A program made the translations under genes and the position numbers. DNA of 64,000 bases, from NCBI GenBank assembly GCA_039799225.1, contig JBDLTF010000001.1, positions 42,488 to 106,487 of the forward strand. The letters are read 5' to 3'. The stretch comes from Candidatus Parcubacteria bacterium. GTDB lineage: Bacteria > Patescibacteriota > Minisyncoccia > Phycocordibacterales > PALSA-1337. The notes beneath the pieces are model-generated. The model saw only the letters and a program-made list of their open reading frames with translations. It was not told where the DNA came from and did not search any database. The stretch's first letter is position 1; each line of letters begins with the position of its first letter. Shown piece by piece: positions 55,319 to 64,000 of the stretch.

Positions 55319-56308
55319 CTAGAGAGCGTCTGAAGATTCTTCGGCGAGATCTAGAGCATCTTTTGCGAGGTCCAGAGCTTCACTATAGTCCTCATCATCA
55401 AATGCTGTACGCGCCTTGTCGTACTTCGCGCGTGCATCGTCATAGAGGTCGCGGGCATCGTCGACATTGTCTTCATCTTCATCAGCATCAGAGATATCCT
55501 CACGGGCTTGGCTGATCGCTTTCTTAGCGTCACTAATCGCTTCTTCAGCATCTTGTTTATCTTCGTCTGCATCAAGATCTTCTACGGAGTTCTCGACGTA
55601 GTTCTTTGCCTTATTGGCGAGACTGGTTGCCTGAGTGAAATCGTTGTCGAAATAGGCTATGACAGCGTCTATAAATCTCTCCTTAGCCTTCTCAAGCTTA
55701 TCTCTCATATCAGAAACTTCATCGGCCGTTGCGTCACCATCATCTTCTGCATCGTCAATCTTCTCGTCAGCATCCTTGATGGAATCAGAGACGCTCTTCA
55801 AAAGTTTCTTTGCGCCTGAGTCAGATGAAGAAGATGCTGGTATAGCGGTTGCAGTGCTAGAGACGCTTCCTACAGGGGAGATGACAGTCGTTGAGCCTGA
55901 GGTTGTCGTATTCGAGCCGACCAAGCTTGCGCTCGCGGTGATAGTAGTCGAGGTAGGCTTCTTGACCTTGGTTTCATATGTTGCGCGGGAAAGAGGTCCG
56001 AAAGTACCTGTTGCTGGATATATTCCCATAGCAATTTGCCACTTCTTCACAGCCTCAGCAGTCTTCTCTCGGAAAAGAGTAGTCTCGCCTCCTATAGATC
56101 CAGGACCTGAGCTGGCGATGATATATCCATTTGCATTCAAGTATCTCTGGAGACAGCGAACTTCTTCGCTGGTTGATCCTATTGAGAGGTCAAATATGAA
56201 TGAACAAGATTCTTCAGCTGCTGCGGAAGACGGAATGATAAAAAGTGACAGAGCAACAATCGTCGAGCTGATAATGCTAAATTTTGTATATGGCGTTTTC
56301 ATGCCCAT
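55319..56308 (-). CDS. Secreted protein with a putative peptidoglycan-binding domain, a Ser/Thr-rich linker and a long acidic helical-repeat region
   Basis: 329 aa. Signal peptide; the RYLNANGY...GPLSRATYE region resembles PG_binding_1; D/E-rich repeats. Lies downstream of the pilin gene. Confidence 0.5.
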   Translation of the reverse strand: MGMKTPYTKFSIISSTIVALSLFIIPSSAAAEESCSFIFDLSIGSTSEEVRCLQRYLNANGYIIASSGPGSIGGETTLFREKTAEAVKKWQIAMGIYPATGTFGPLSRATYETKVKKPTSTTITASASLVGSNTTTSGSTTVISPVGSVSSTATAIPASSSSDSGAKKLLKSVSDSIKDADEKIDDAEDDGDATADEVSDMRDKLEKAKERFIDAVIAYFDNDFTQATSLANKAKNYVENSVEDLDADEDKQDAEEAISDAKKAISQAREDISDADEDEDNVDDARDLYDDARAKYDKARTAFDDEDYSEALDLAKDALDLAEESSDAL

Positions 56309-56340
56309 AAGTATAGCGCATGGAGTGAAAGGGGCAACGC

Positions 56341-57216
56341 CTATTGAATTCCTGCCAATTCTCGGGCACGACTCTCTTCAGCATAGAGCCTATCTACTTC
56401 CACCGCTGTCAGTGAAGCGGGGTATACGGCGGCATTGGCGATGAGTCCGGTGTACTTATGTCCTAAACCTGATGATCCCCACCTTTTTGCGCCGATGGAG
56501 AGCTCTCCTATATCCGTGTAATATCCAAAGGAGTCATAAGGTCCAAGGTCTTCCAATTTGCCCTTAGCAACAATCTTCCCGTCGACATATAGTGTTGTAC
56601 CATTAGTAACTCCAATCTGGGTCGTCATGGTGACTTGGTGCCACTTGTCATCATTGACTGGTAGAGAACTCTTCAAGACAGGAGGGCACGATCCTTGCAA
56701 TGTTCCCCAATATGCATAACCAGTACCGCCGCCATATGCTGCAAGGTAGCCTCCTGGACAAAGTGCCATTCCATAGTAGCTATAGAATGAGAGGATAGTT
56801 TGGTAGTCGCCCACTACATCTGTACTTGTTTTTATCCAAGCTGATAGAGTGACGTTTTTTGTGTACAAGGATGTCGAAGTGCCATTTGTAAATGTTGCAT
56901 ACTGAGTATTGCCATTGAGTGACAATGATTTTCCGGACCCGAGATAATAGCGATCTGAAACGTATGGAGGATTTCCAACAAGGACTGCTGTCATAGTAGT
57001 TCCCGAATCATTAGCTGTAGTGTTATTGAAACTCCAGAAGCCCAATGCTTGGTCGCCATATCCCTGATGCACATGAGTAGCAAAGATGACTCCACCAGCG
57101 ATACGTCCACGGTCGCGAGCATCTCTCGTCGAGGCGATGACTATAGAAGCAAGCATGCCGATGATAGAGATCACCACAAGAAGCTCGATGAGCGTGAAGC
57201 CGCGCGCATATTTCAT
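56341..57216 (-). CDS. Type IV pilin / pseudopilin with a large C-terminal globular (lectin-like) domain
   Basis: N-terminal prepilin motif KYARGFTLIELLVVISIIGMLASIV (processing site G|FTLIE). Confidence 0.75.
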   Translation of the reverse strand: MKYARGFTLIELLVVISIIGMLASIVIASTRDARDRGRIAGGVIFATHVHQGYGDQALGFWSFNNTTANDSGTTMTAVLVGNPPYVSDRYYLGSGKSLSLNGNTQYATFTNGTSTSLYTKNVTLSAWIKTSTDVVGDYQTILSFYSYYGMALCPGGYLAAYGGGTGYAYWGTLQGSCPPVLKSSLPVNDDKWHQVTMTTQIGVTNGTTLYVDGKIVAKGKLEDLGPYDSFGYYTDIGELSIGAKRWGSSGLGHKYTGLIANAAVYPASLTAVEVDRLYAEESRARELAGIQ

Positions 57217-57256
57217 GCACGTATTATACCTTTTTTAAAAGGTATAGTCCTGTGAT

Positions 57257-58555
<1,299 letters not shown>

Positions 58556-58660
58556 TTAAGTGGAATAATAGGCGCATTATATAGATTAAATAACCAAGAT
58601 ACAAGAAACAAAACCTCAAGCTGAAATCTTGGTTATTGTATCTTGGTTATTGGTGATTCA

Positions 58661-59167
58661 TCAGAATCCCAATCTCTCCAATATATGCTTTATCACAGAC
58701 TCTCGATGTTCAGTCTCCGCGATGTAGGAGAGCATGATTTCGCGAACTTTCTCAGGGTCAATCTCGTCGAGATATATGACGATGAGTGACATGAATGTCT
58801 TGCGCGACTTTATGATGAGCTTGTGAGGAAATTCATCATGAGGTATCCAGAACGATTCGAGAGATAGGAATGGATAGAGGACATCATCAGCGACGATACC
58901 ACGGTCTGTGATGCCATAGGTGATGAAGCGGGGAGGACGCGAAGCGTGCAAGACGAGTGCAACGGCCGCTGTGATCACGAAGATTCCTGTAATGGTATTT
59001 CCGAAAATAAACGCGACTGCTGCCATTGCAAGAGTGACGACACCGACTGCCCAATACCAGTCAGGCTTCTTCTCTATGTAGAAGTGTTCGGGTGCGGTCC
59101 AAGAGATGAGAGGATCTGTTGCCATGCGAAGAATTATAGCGTCAAACGAGGACATGTGGAAGTGCAC
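58661..59167 (-). CDS. Hypothetical two-TM membrane protein
   Basis: 168 aa. Confidence 0.4.
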   Translation of the reverse strand: MHFHMSSFDAIILRMATDPLISWTAPEHFYIEKKPDWYWAVGVVTLAMAAVAFIFGNTITGIFVITAAVALVLHASRPPRFITYGITDRGIVADDVLYPFLSLESFWIPHDEFPHKLIIKSRKTFMSLIVIYLDEIDPEKVREIMLSYIAETEHRESVIKHILERLGF

Positions 59168-59221
59168 GACACTTACACAGTGTCCGAGTGGAGATGATAT
59201 ATGAAGCGAAGCGAATATAAC

Positions 59222-59258
59222 ATAACGAGCGCAGACGATATATTCGCTGCGCTCGTTA
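59222..59258 (-). terminator. Hairpin taacgagcgcag...ctgcgctcgtta downstream of tRNA-Ser
   Basis: 12-bp inverted repeat just past the tRNA 3' end. Confidence 0.4.
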
Positions 59259-59264
59259 ACTGTG

Positions 59265-59351
59265 CGGATGGGGTGAGATTCGAACTCACGGCCCCCTTAC
59301 GAGGGCGACGGTTTTCAAGACCGTTGCCTTAGACCACTCAGCCACCCATCC
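59265..59351 (-). tRNA. tRNA-Ser (anticodon UGA) with a long variable arm
   Basis: Acceptor GGATGGG/CCCATCC, anticodon loop CTTGAAA, extra arm GCCCTCGTAAGGGGGC, T-loop GTTCGAATC. Confidence 0.7.
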
Positions 59352-59415
59352 GTGTCACGCCATCATAAAGGAAAAACTGTTGTTTCGCAATGGTTTTGTG
59401 ATACTGTTGTGAGTA

Positions 59416-59802
59416 ATGGAAAAACGTATCCTCGGAATCGATTTCGGCACGAAAAGGATAGGTGTGGCGGTCTCGGACCAGTCACGCCAGTTTGCGCTAC
59501 CTCTCGTGGTGGTGAAGAACAGTGAATTGGCAGTAAAAGAAGTGTATGAGATTGCTCGCCAACATGAGACTGTCGAAGTTGTAATGGGGGAGTCTCGTAA
59601 CTACAAACAAGAACCGAATGCGATCTTCGAAGAGGCTGACGCATTTAAAAAACAACTAGAAAGTCTTGGGCTCATCGTATATCTCGAGCTCGAATTCATG
59701 ACGAGCATGCAAGCGGAACGATTCCAAGGTAAGACTGACATGACGGATGCGAGTGCTGCCGCACTTATTTTGCAAAGTTATTTGGATAGGACAAAAATCT
59801 GA
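59416..59802 (+). CDS. ruvX: YqgF/RuvX putative pre-16S rRNA nuclease
   Basis: 128 aa. ILGIDFGTKRIGVAVSD. Confidence 0.8.
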   Translation: MEKRILGIDFGTKRIGVAVSDQSRQFALPLVVVKNSELAVKEVYEIARQHETVEVVMGESRNYKQEPNAIFEEADAFKKQLESLGLIVYLELEFMTSMQAERFQGKTDMTDASAAALILQSYLDRTKI

Positions 59803-59814
59803 TATACTCAGCCC

Positions 59815-60222
59815 ATGATTACCTACGATGATTTCAAAAAGGTAGAGATTCGTGCAGGGAAGATACTTTCTGCCGAGAAGATTCCTGATACTGACAAGCT
59901 CCTCAAGTTGTCAGTCGATTTCGGTATGAAGACCCAGCCAGTGAAGGTCACTACTCCAGTAGAACCTGTGCCAGGAGTCGAAGTTCCGCCTGCAGTCGAG
60001 ACAATTCCTGATATCCGTCAAATTGTTTCAGGTATATCCATGTATTTCCCCGATGCAGCGACGCTCGTCGGTAAGACTTGCATGTTTGTCACCAACCTCG
60101 AGCCACGAAATATCAAAGGACATGAAAGTAACGGTATGCTTTTTGCAGTGTCTGATGCTAGTGGAAATTTTTCTCTTCTCGAACCGAACGCATCTATTCA
60201 GCCGGGTACCAAGGCAGCCTAA
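59815..60222 (+). CDS. tRNA-binding (Trbp111/CsaA/EMAP-like OB-fold) domain protein
   Basis: 135 aa. FKKVEIRAGKILSAEKIPDTDKLLKLSVDFG with an unusual Pro/Val-rich insert. Confidence 0.55.
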   Translation: MITYDDFKKVEIRAGKILSAEKIPDTDKLLKLSVDFGMKTQPVKVTTPVEPVPGVEVPPAVETIPDIRQIVSGISMYFPDAATLVGKTCMFVTNLEPRNIKGHESNGMLFAVSDASGNFSLLEPNASIQPGTKAA

Positions 60223-60252
60223 ATAGTTGTACAGATTCCCGCCTGCGCGGGA

Positions 60253-60885
60253 ATGACACAAACAATGTTTCAACTTCTCCACAACCTCTTTGACCCCCAA
60301 TCCCTCATTGCTACATTGGGTACTCTTGGAGTTATTGTAATCATATTTGTCGAGACAGGTCTTTTCTTCGGATTCTTTTTCCCTGGGGATTCGCTGTTGT
60401 TCACTGCGGGTTTTCTCGCCTCACAAGGATACGTGTCATTCGCAGGGCTTCTGGTAGGAACATTCATTGCAGCAGTTGTAGGGGATAGTCTCGGATATGC
60501 ATTTGGTAAGAAGATTGGTCCCGCACTCTTTTCAAAAGAAAATTCCGCTATATTCAACAAACAACATATCGCCCGAGCGCAGCAATTTTATGAGAAGCAT
60601 GGCAAGAAGACGATCATTCTGGCGCGCTTCATGCCGATCATACGCACGTTCGCTCCGATCGTGGCAGGAATCGGCACTATGCCATATCGAACATTCATTA
60701 CATTTAATATTATCGGTGCATTCATTTGGACATGGGGCATGCTCTGGCTCGGATATGGCCTCGGAGCACTTATACCCAACCCTGATAGATATGTCATACC
60801 GGTTGTCATAGTTATAATCCTCGTTTCTTCAGCACCTGCAGTGAAAGAAATAGTGAAAGAGGGGATAAAGCGCTGGAAATCATAA
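60253..60885 (+). CDS. dedA: DedA/SNARE-associated family membrane protein
   Basis: 210 aa. FFPGDSLLFTAGFLA motif. Confidence 0.75.
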   Translation: MTQTMFQLLHNLFDPQSLIATLGTLGVIVIIFVETGLFFGFFFPGDSLLFTAGFLASQGYVSFAGLLVGTFIAAVVGDSLGYAFGKKIGPALFSKENSAIFNKQHIARAQQFYEKHGKKTIILARFMPIIRTFAPIVAGIGTMPYRTFITFNIIGAFIWTWGMLWLGYGLGALIPNPDRYVIPVVIVIILVSSAPAVKEIVKEGIKRWKS

Positions 60886-60938
60886 GCACAGTTGTCCAAC
60901 CGCTTCATTCGTCATTCTAGATACGGTATACTTATGGC

Positions 60939-61919
60939 ATGAATACGCGTTCGCTCCTCTTCAAGCTCTTTCCTCCTCCTACATTCCTCGTCATGCCGCA
61001 TGCGGGACTCGATATCTCCGATGACGCTATTCGTTGTATCGAATATCGTAGATCTGGTGGCAGACTTGTTATATCAAAACATGCAGTGAAGGAATTGCCT
61101 GCTGGCCTTATCGATGGGGGAGATATCAAAGATGAGAAGGCGTTCGTTACTATACTCAAGAAGTTCGCGCAGGATAATGAACTTTCATACGTGAAGGTTT
61201 CTCTGCCAGAAGAGAAAGCGTATCTATTCCAGACTGATGTACCAAGTTCTGATTTCCGTTCGATTGCCCAGAATATAGAGTTCAAGCTTGATCAGAATGT
61301 TCCGTTGTCTGCTGCTGACGCAATCTTCCAGTTTGATCTCATGCCCAAAGTAGTTACTGGAGATACATTGCGCGCAAGTGTGTCCGTCGTGCCTCGTACC
61401 TATGTTGAACATCATGTCTCTCTACTACGCGAGGCAGGAATTTCTATTGTTGCGTACGAAGTTGCTCCAAAAGCAATCGTCACTGCATACGAGCCGGCCG
61501 ATTCCCAAGGAACTCATCTCATCGTCCATATCATGCGTAAGAAGAGTGGTCTCTATATAGTCTCCGAAGGAGTAGTCTGCTTCACTTCCACGATTGTATG
61601 GGGTAGTGACAATCTCGATGATACAACGTCCGACCAAGGGAAGGCTCTCATCGCAGAAATCGCACGTGTACATGCATATTGGATGACTCATGCCGATGTT
61701 CACGCGGCTATATCTGAAGTTGTCGTTGTTGGTTCGAAGGCAGAAGCCTGTGAATCCATCATCCGCAACCAGAGCGAAGATGTGGTCGCTCACACTGTTC
61801 TGCCGGATGTATGGCACAATGCCTTCAATACGAATTCGTATGTACCTCCAATCACTAAATCAGAATCATTCGAGTACGCCATCGCTGCAGGACTTGCTCT
61901 ATCATCACCTATACTATGA
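60939..61919 (+). CDS. pilM: Type IV pilus assembly protein PilM (actin-like)
   Basis: 326 aa. GLDISDDAIRCIEY start, with size and operon context next to the single-TM pilN/pilO-like genes. The true start may be the internal Met (MPHAGLDI). Confidence 0.6.
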   Translation: MNTRSLLFKLFPPPTFLVMPHAGLDISDDAIRCIEYRRSGGRLVISKHAVKELPAGLIDGGDIKDEKAFVTILKKFAQDNELSYVKVSLPEEKAYLFQTDVPSSDFRSIAQNIEFKLDQNVPLSAADAIFQFDLMPKVVTGDTLRASVSVVPRTYVEHHVSLLREAGISIVAYEVAPKAIVTAYEPADSQGTHLIVHIMRKKSGLYIVSEGVVCFTSTIVWGSDNLDDTTSDQGKALIAEIARVHAYWMTHADVHAAISEVVVVGSKAEACESIIRNQSEDVVAHTVLPDVWHNAFNTNSYVPPITKSESFEYAIAAGLALSSPIL

Positions 61920-62458
61920 GACACAGTTTCCTCCCATCTCAAGATCAGAAGGCTCTCAAGAAGAGGTATCGCCTCCACGCGACCGTTGTAGCCCTCTTCC
62001 TGTTGTCAGTCGTCGGTATTATAGGTATCGGATCACTTTTCCCCGCATATGTTGAAGTTTCTTTTGAAGAGAGAGATCAGAATGCATCACTGAAAGACGG
62101 TGCTGATAAGGAGGGAGTACAGAGTATCGCGGATATAATCAGTGAATTGCAGAGTGATGCAATCCTTACTCGTGAACTTTCGAATACTCTTACAGAAGAA
62201 CGATCATCCGATTTCATCAAAGAAGTCATATCGGCACGAGCATCAGTGAAGGTGCACTCTATTAGTATTCCTGAAGTTTCTACGACGAGTGCAGTAATCG
62301 TTATTCAAGGCATCGCTCCTACACGTGAGTCGCTCGTCTCATTCAAGACTCGTCTCGAGGGACTCGCCAATGGCAACAAGGTCGAGCTCCCTATATCCGA
62401 ACTCGCTAAGAGCAAAGATATTCCATTCTCATTCAAGTTTACACGCTTACTACCATGA
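61916..62458 (+). CDS. pilN: PilN-like single-TM pilus assembly protein
   Basis: 180 aa. N-terminal TM and a 4-nt overlap with pilM. Confidence 0.45.
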   Translation: MRHSFLPSQDQKALKKRYRLHATVVALFLLSVVGIIGIGSLFPAYVEVSFEERDQNASLKDGADKEGVQSIADIISELQSDAILTRELSNTLTEERSSDFIKEVISARASVKVHSISIPEVSTTSAVIVIQGIAPTRESLVSFKTRLEGLANGNKVELPISELAKSKDIPFSFKFTRLLP

Positions 62459-63018
62459 AGCATCATCATAGCCATACAGCTTTGCTCGTGATTGCCTGCT
62501 CGACGATGATTTTCGTCTATGCTGTTTACGGATATATGCGCCATCGTATCTCGGTATCTCTCAATCGAGTGATAGAAAGCAGACAGCTCGTGGCTGAACG
62601 AGACCTTTCTTTGCAGAAACAAGATAGCTTGGCTGCTCTCTATTCCGAATCAACCCCTGATCGATCAGAAGCGAGAGGTCTCTTCGTTCCTGAGAATTCT
62701 ACAATCTCATTTATCGAATCAATCGAAGCGTTGGGATCGAGCTCAGGAAGTATTGTTCAATTATCCGCGATAGAAGCCGATCCTCCAGTTGTAGGTTCCA
62801 CCATAGGTCGTATCCGCGTCCACGTTGAGGCTCAAGGATCGTGGTGGGCCGTTATGAAGACAGTCATGCTTGCCGAAGATCTTCCGTATGGAGTATCAAT
62901 CAAAAATCTCCGCATCGACTCTTCCTCAGGACAGGGGAGTAAAGATGAGGCTGCTTGGAAAGCATCATTTGCTATCGAGGCACTTATGATGAAACCGGTA
63001 ACAAAAGCTCAGCCATAA
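62455..63018 (+). CDS. pilO: PilO-like single-TM pilus assembly protein
   Basis: 187 aa. N-terminal TM and a 4-nt overlap with the previous gene. Confidence 0.4.
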   Translation: MKHHHSHTALLVIACSTMIFVYAVYGYMRHRISVSLNRVIESRQLVAERDLSLQKQDSLAALYSESTPDRSEARGLFVPENSTISFIESIEALGSSSGSIVQLSAIEADPPVVGSTIGRIRVHVEAQGSWWAVMKTVMLAEDLPYGVSIKNLRIDSSSGQGSKDEAAWKASFAIEALMMKPVTKAQP

Positions 63019-63023
63019 AAGTC

Positions 63024-63350
63024 ATGAATATACTCAATCATCGTCATATATCATCGCGCCAACAGCAGGACCCACTATTTCGTCGTATTTGGGGTGACCC
63101 ATATCTTGATTGGTCTATCATGCTTGCGTGTGTGGCAATTCTTATCGTTACGATGACCTTTCTTGGATATAGGGTCTACGTTCATACATATGATGCGTTG
63201 CGAGCTCCGCTCACTCCTACGAGTGGTAGTAACAAAGCAGTGTTCGATGAAGAGACACTTTCGAAAGTTCTAGGTAATTTCAGGGCTCGTTCATCAGCTC
63301 GAGCAGAGATCATTCGTGGTACGGGTATACCGGGTGATCCGTCGATATAG
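63024..63350 (+). CDS. Small single-TM protein at the end of the pilMNO operon
   Basis: Start is probably MNILNHRH at 63024. Confidence 0.35.
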   Translation: MNILNHRHISSRQQQDPLFRRIWGDPYLDWSIMLACVAILIVTMTFLGYRVYVHTYDALRAPLTPTSGSNKAVFDEETLSKVLGNFRARSSARAEIIRGTGIPGDPSI

Positions 63351-63389
63351 TGTTCAATAGCGTCTAAATGTGCTAATTTTTGTGCATAC

Positions 63390-63461
63390 GCCCTTGTAGT
63401 TCAATGGATAGAACAGCGGACTTCTAAGCCGTTGATCGTGGTTCGATTCCACGCAAGGGCA
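63390..63461 (+). tRNA. tRNA-Arg (anticodon UCU)
   Basis: Acceptor GCCCTTG/CAAGGGC, anticodon loop CTTCTAA, T-arm CGTGGTTCGATTCCACG. Confidence 0.6.
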
Positions 63462-63465
63462 CATG

Positions 63466-63500
63466 AGAGAAAAAACCAACCTACGTTGGTTTTTTCGATT
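63466..63500. terminator. Bidirectional terminator aaaaaaccaac-ctac-gttggtttttt between convergent tRNAs
   Basis: Perfect hairpin. Paralogous to 55016-55041. Confidence 0.6.
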
Positions 63501-63505
63501 ATATG

Positions 63506-63579
63506 TGGGCGATACAGGACTTGAACCTGTGACCTTCATGGTGTAAACATGTTGCTCTACCAACTGAGCTAATCGCCCA
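63506..63579 (-). tRNA. tRNA-Val (anticodon UAC)
   Basis: Acceptor TGGGCGA/TCGCCCA, anticodon loop TTTACAC, T-loop GGTTCAAGTCC. Confidence 0.6.
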
Positions 63580-63620
63580 TAATGCTTGCTACAAACCATA
63601 CATTACCGTATATTCATCAC

Positions 63621-64000
63621 ATGAGCAATGAACTCCCTGATATTAAGGTCCTTTATGAGGATGCTGGTTGTGTCGTGATCGACAAGCCTGCAGGTCTCAT
63701 GGTGCACCCAGATGGTCGCGATAAGGGCCCTTTTCTTACTGATTGGGTGATGTTGAAGTATCCTGATGCAGTCAATGTGGGAGAACATACGCGTACTCCT
63801 GATGGGGAACCGATATTGCGCCCAGGTATCGTGCATCGTCTCGATCGTGAGACGTCTGGCGCGTTGATCGTCGCAAAGACTGCCGAGGCGCACGCATCTC
63901 TCAAAGCTCAATTTCAGGCTCGTACGGTTACCAAGAAATATCTCGCATTCGTGTGGGGAGAGGTCGTAGAGGAGTTTGGTACCATCTCACGCCCAATCGG
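63621..64000 (+). CDS. RluA-family pseudouridine synthase; the gene runs off the window end
   Basis: Manual translation gives MSNELPDIKVLYEDAGCVVIDKPAGLMVHP...GIVHRLDRETSGALIVAKT, the catalytic HRLD motif. Not in the ORF track. Confidence 0.7.
   Translation, partial: MSNELPDIKVLYEDAGCVVIDKPAGLMVHPDGRDKGPFLTDWVMLKYPDAVNVGEHTRTPDGEPILRPGIVHRLDRETSGALIVAKTAEAHASLKAQFQARTVTKKYLAFVWGEVVEEFGTISRPI

Noticed and set aside
63354-63911. Minus-strand ORFs 63354-63599, 63603-63911 and 63653-63904
   Set aside because: The first overlaps two tRNA genes. The other two are antisense to a clear plus-strand RluA-family pseudouridine synthase gene that starts at 63621 and runs off the window.

Overview
This 64-kb window reads as a chromosomal segment from a small-genome, moderately AT-rich bacterium. 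My inference is a CPR/Patescibacteria-like organism (Saccharibacteria-like), based on pili, a T4SS-like operon, many orphan secreted proteins and short intergenic regions. It spans the likely replication origin: rpmH-rnpA-yidC on the minus strand, then dnaA-dnaN on the plus strand with an AT-rich, DnaA-box-bearing spacer between them.

The rest is dense housekeeping. Recognisable genes include the CCA-adding enzyme, xth, xerC/D, rpsO-(NYN)-pnp, a DksA-like protein, ComM/YifB, an M23/LysM peptidase, uvrD/pcrA, ksgA, PBP1A, ruvC-yebC-ruvB, polA, tsaE, mutM, a MurNAc-LAA amidase, a Mur ligase, ruvA, rpsT, eno, ruvX and dedA. Type IV pilus components are scattered through the window: a PilB/GspE ATPase, a prepilin, and pilM/N/O. 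I found nine tRNAs (Gly-UCC, Pro-UGG, Gly-GCC, Arg-UCG, Lys-UUU, Arg-GCG, Ser-UGA, Arg-UCU, Val-UAC), none with an encoded CCA.

The most system-like feature is a roughly 13-kb, 12-gene plus-strand operon (18862-32100). It encodes a minimal type IV secretion-like apparatus: a VirB6/TrbL-like polytopic protein, a VirB3/PrgI-like protein, a VirB4 ATPase split into two ORFs, and a VirB2-like two-helix protein with a long extension. These are surrounded by secreted and membrane proteins of unknown function. No coupling protein or relaxase is present.

Unexplained sequence structures:
- A 118-nt, 100%-identical GC-rich element sits immediately 3' of both tRNA-Gly genes. Each copy is flanked by a mimic of the tRNA 3' end and ends in a hairpin whose two copies differ by compensatory changes.
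- Two giant perfect palindromes (40- and 43-bp arms) share the core GCGCATGTGTGCG.
- A perfect 35-bp inverted repeat lies in the rpmH-dnaA spacer.
- Three promoter/terminator-delimited noncoding stretches of 150-410 nt are candidate ncRNAs or leaders.

No CRISPR array, rRNA or obvious defence genes were seen.
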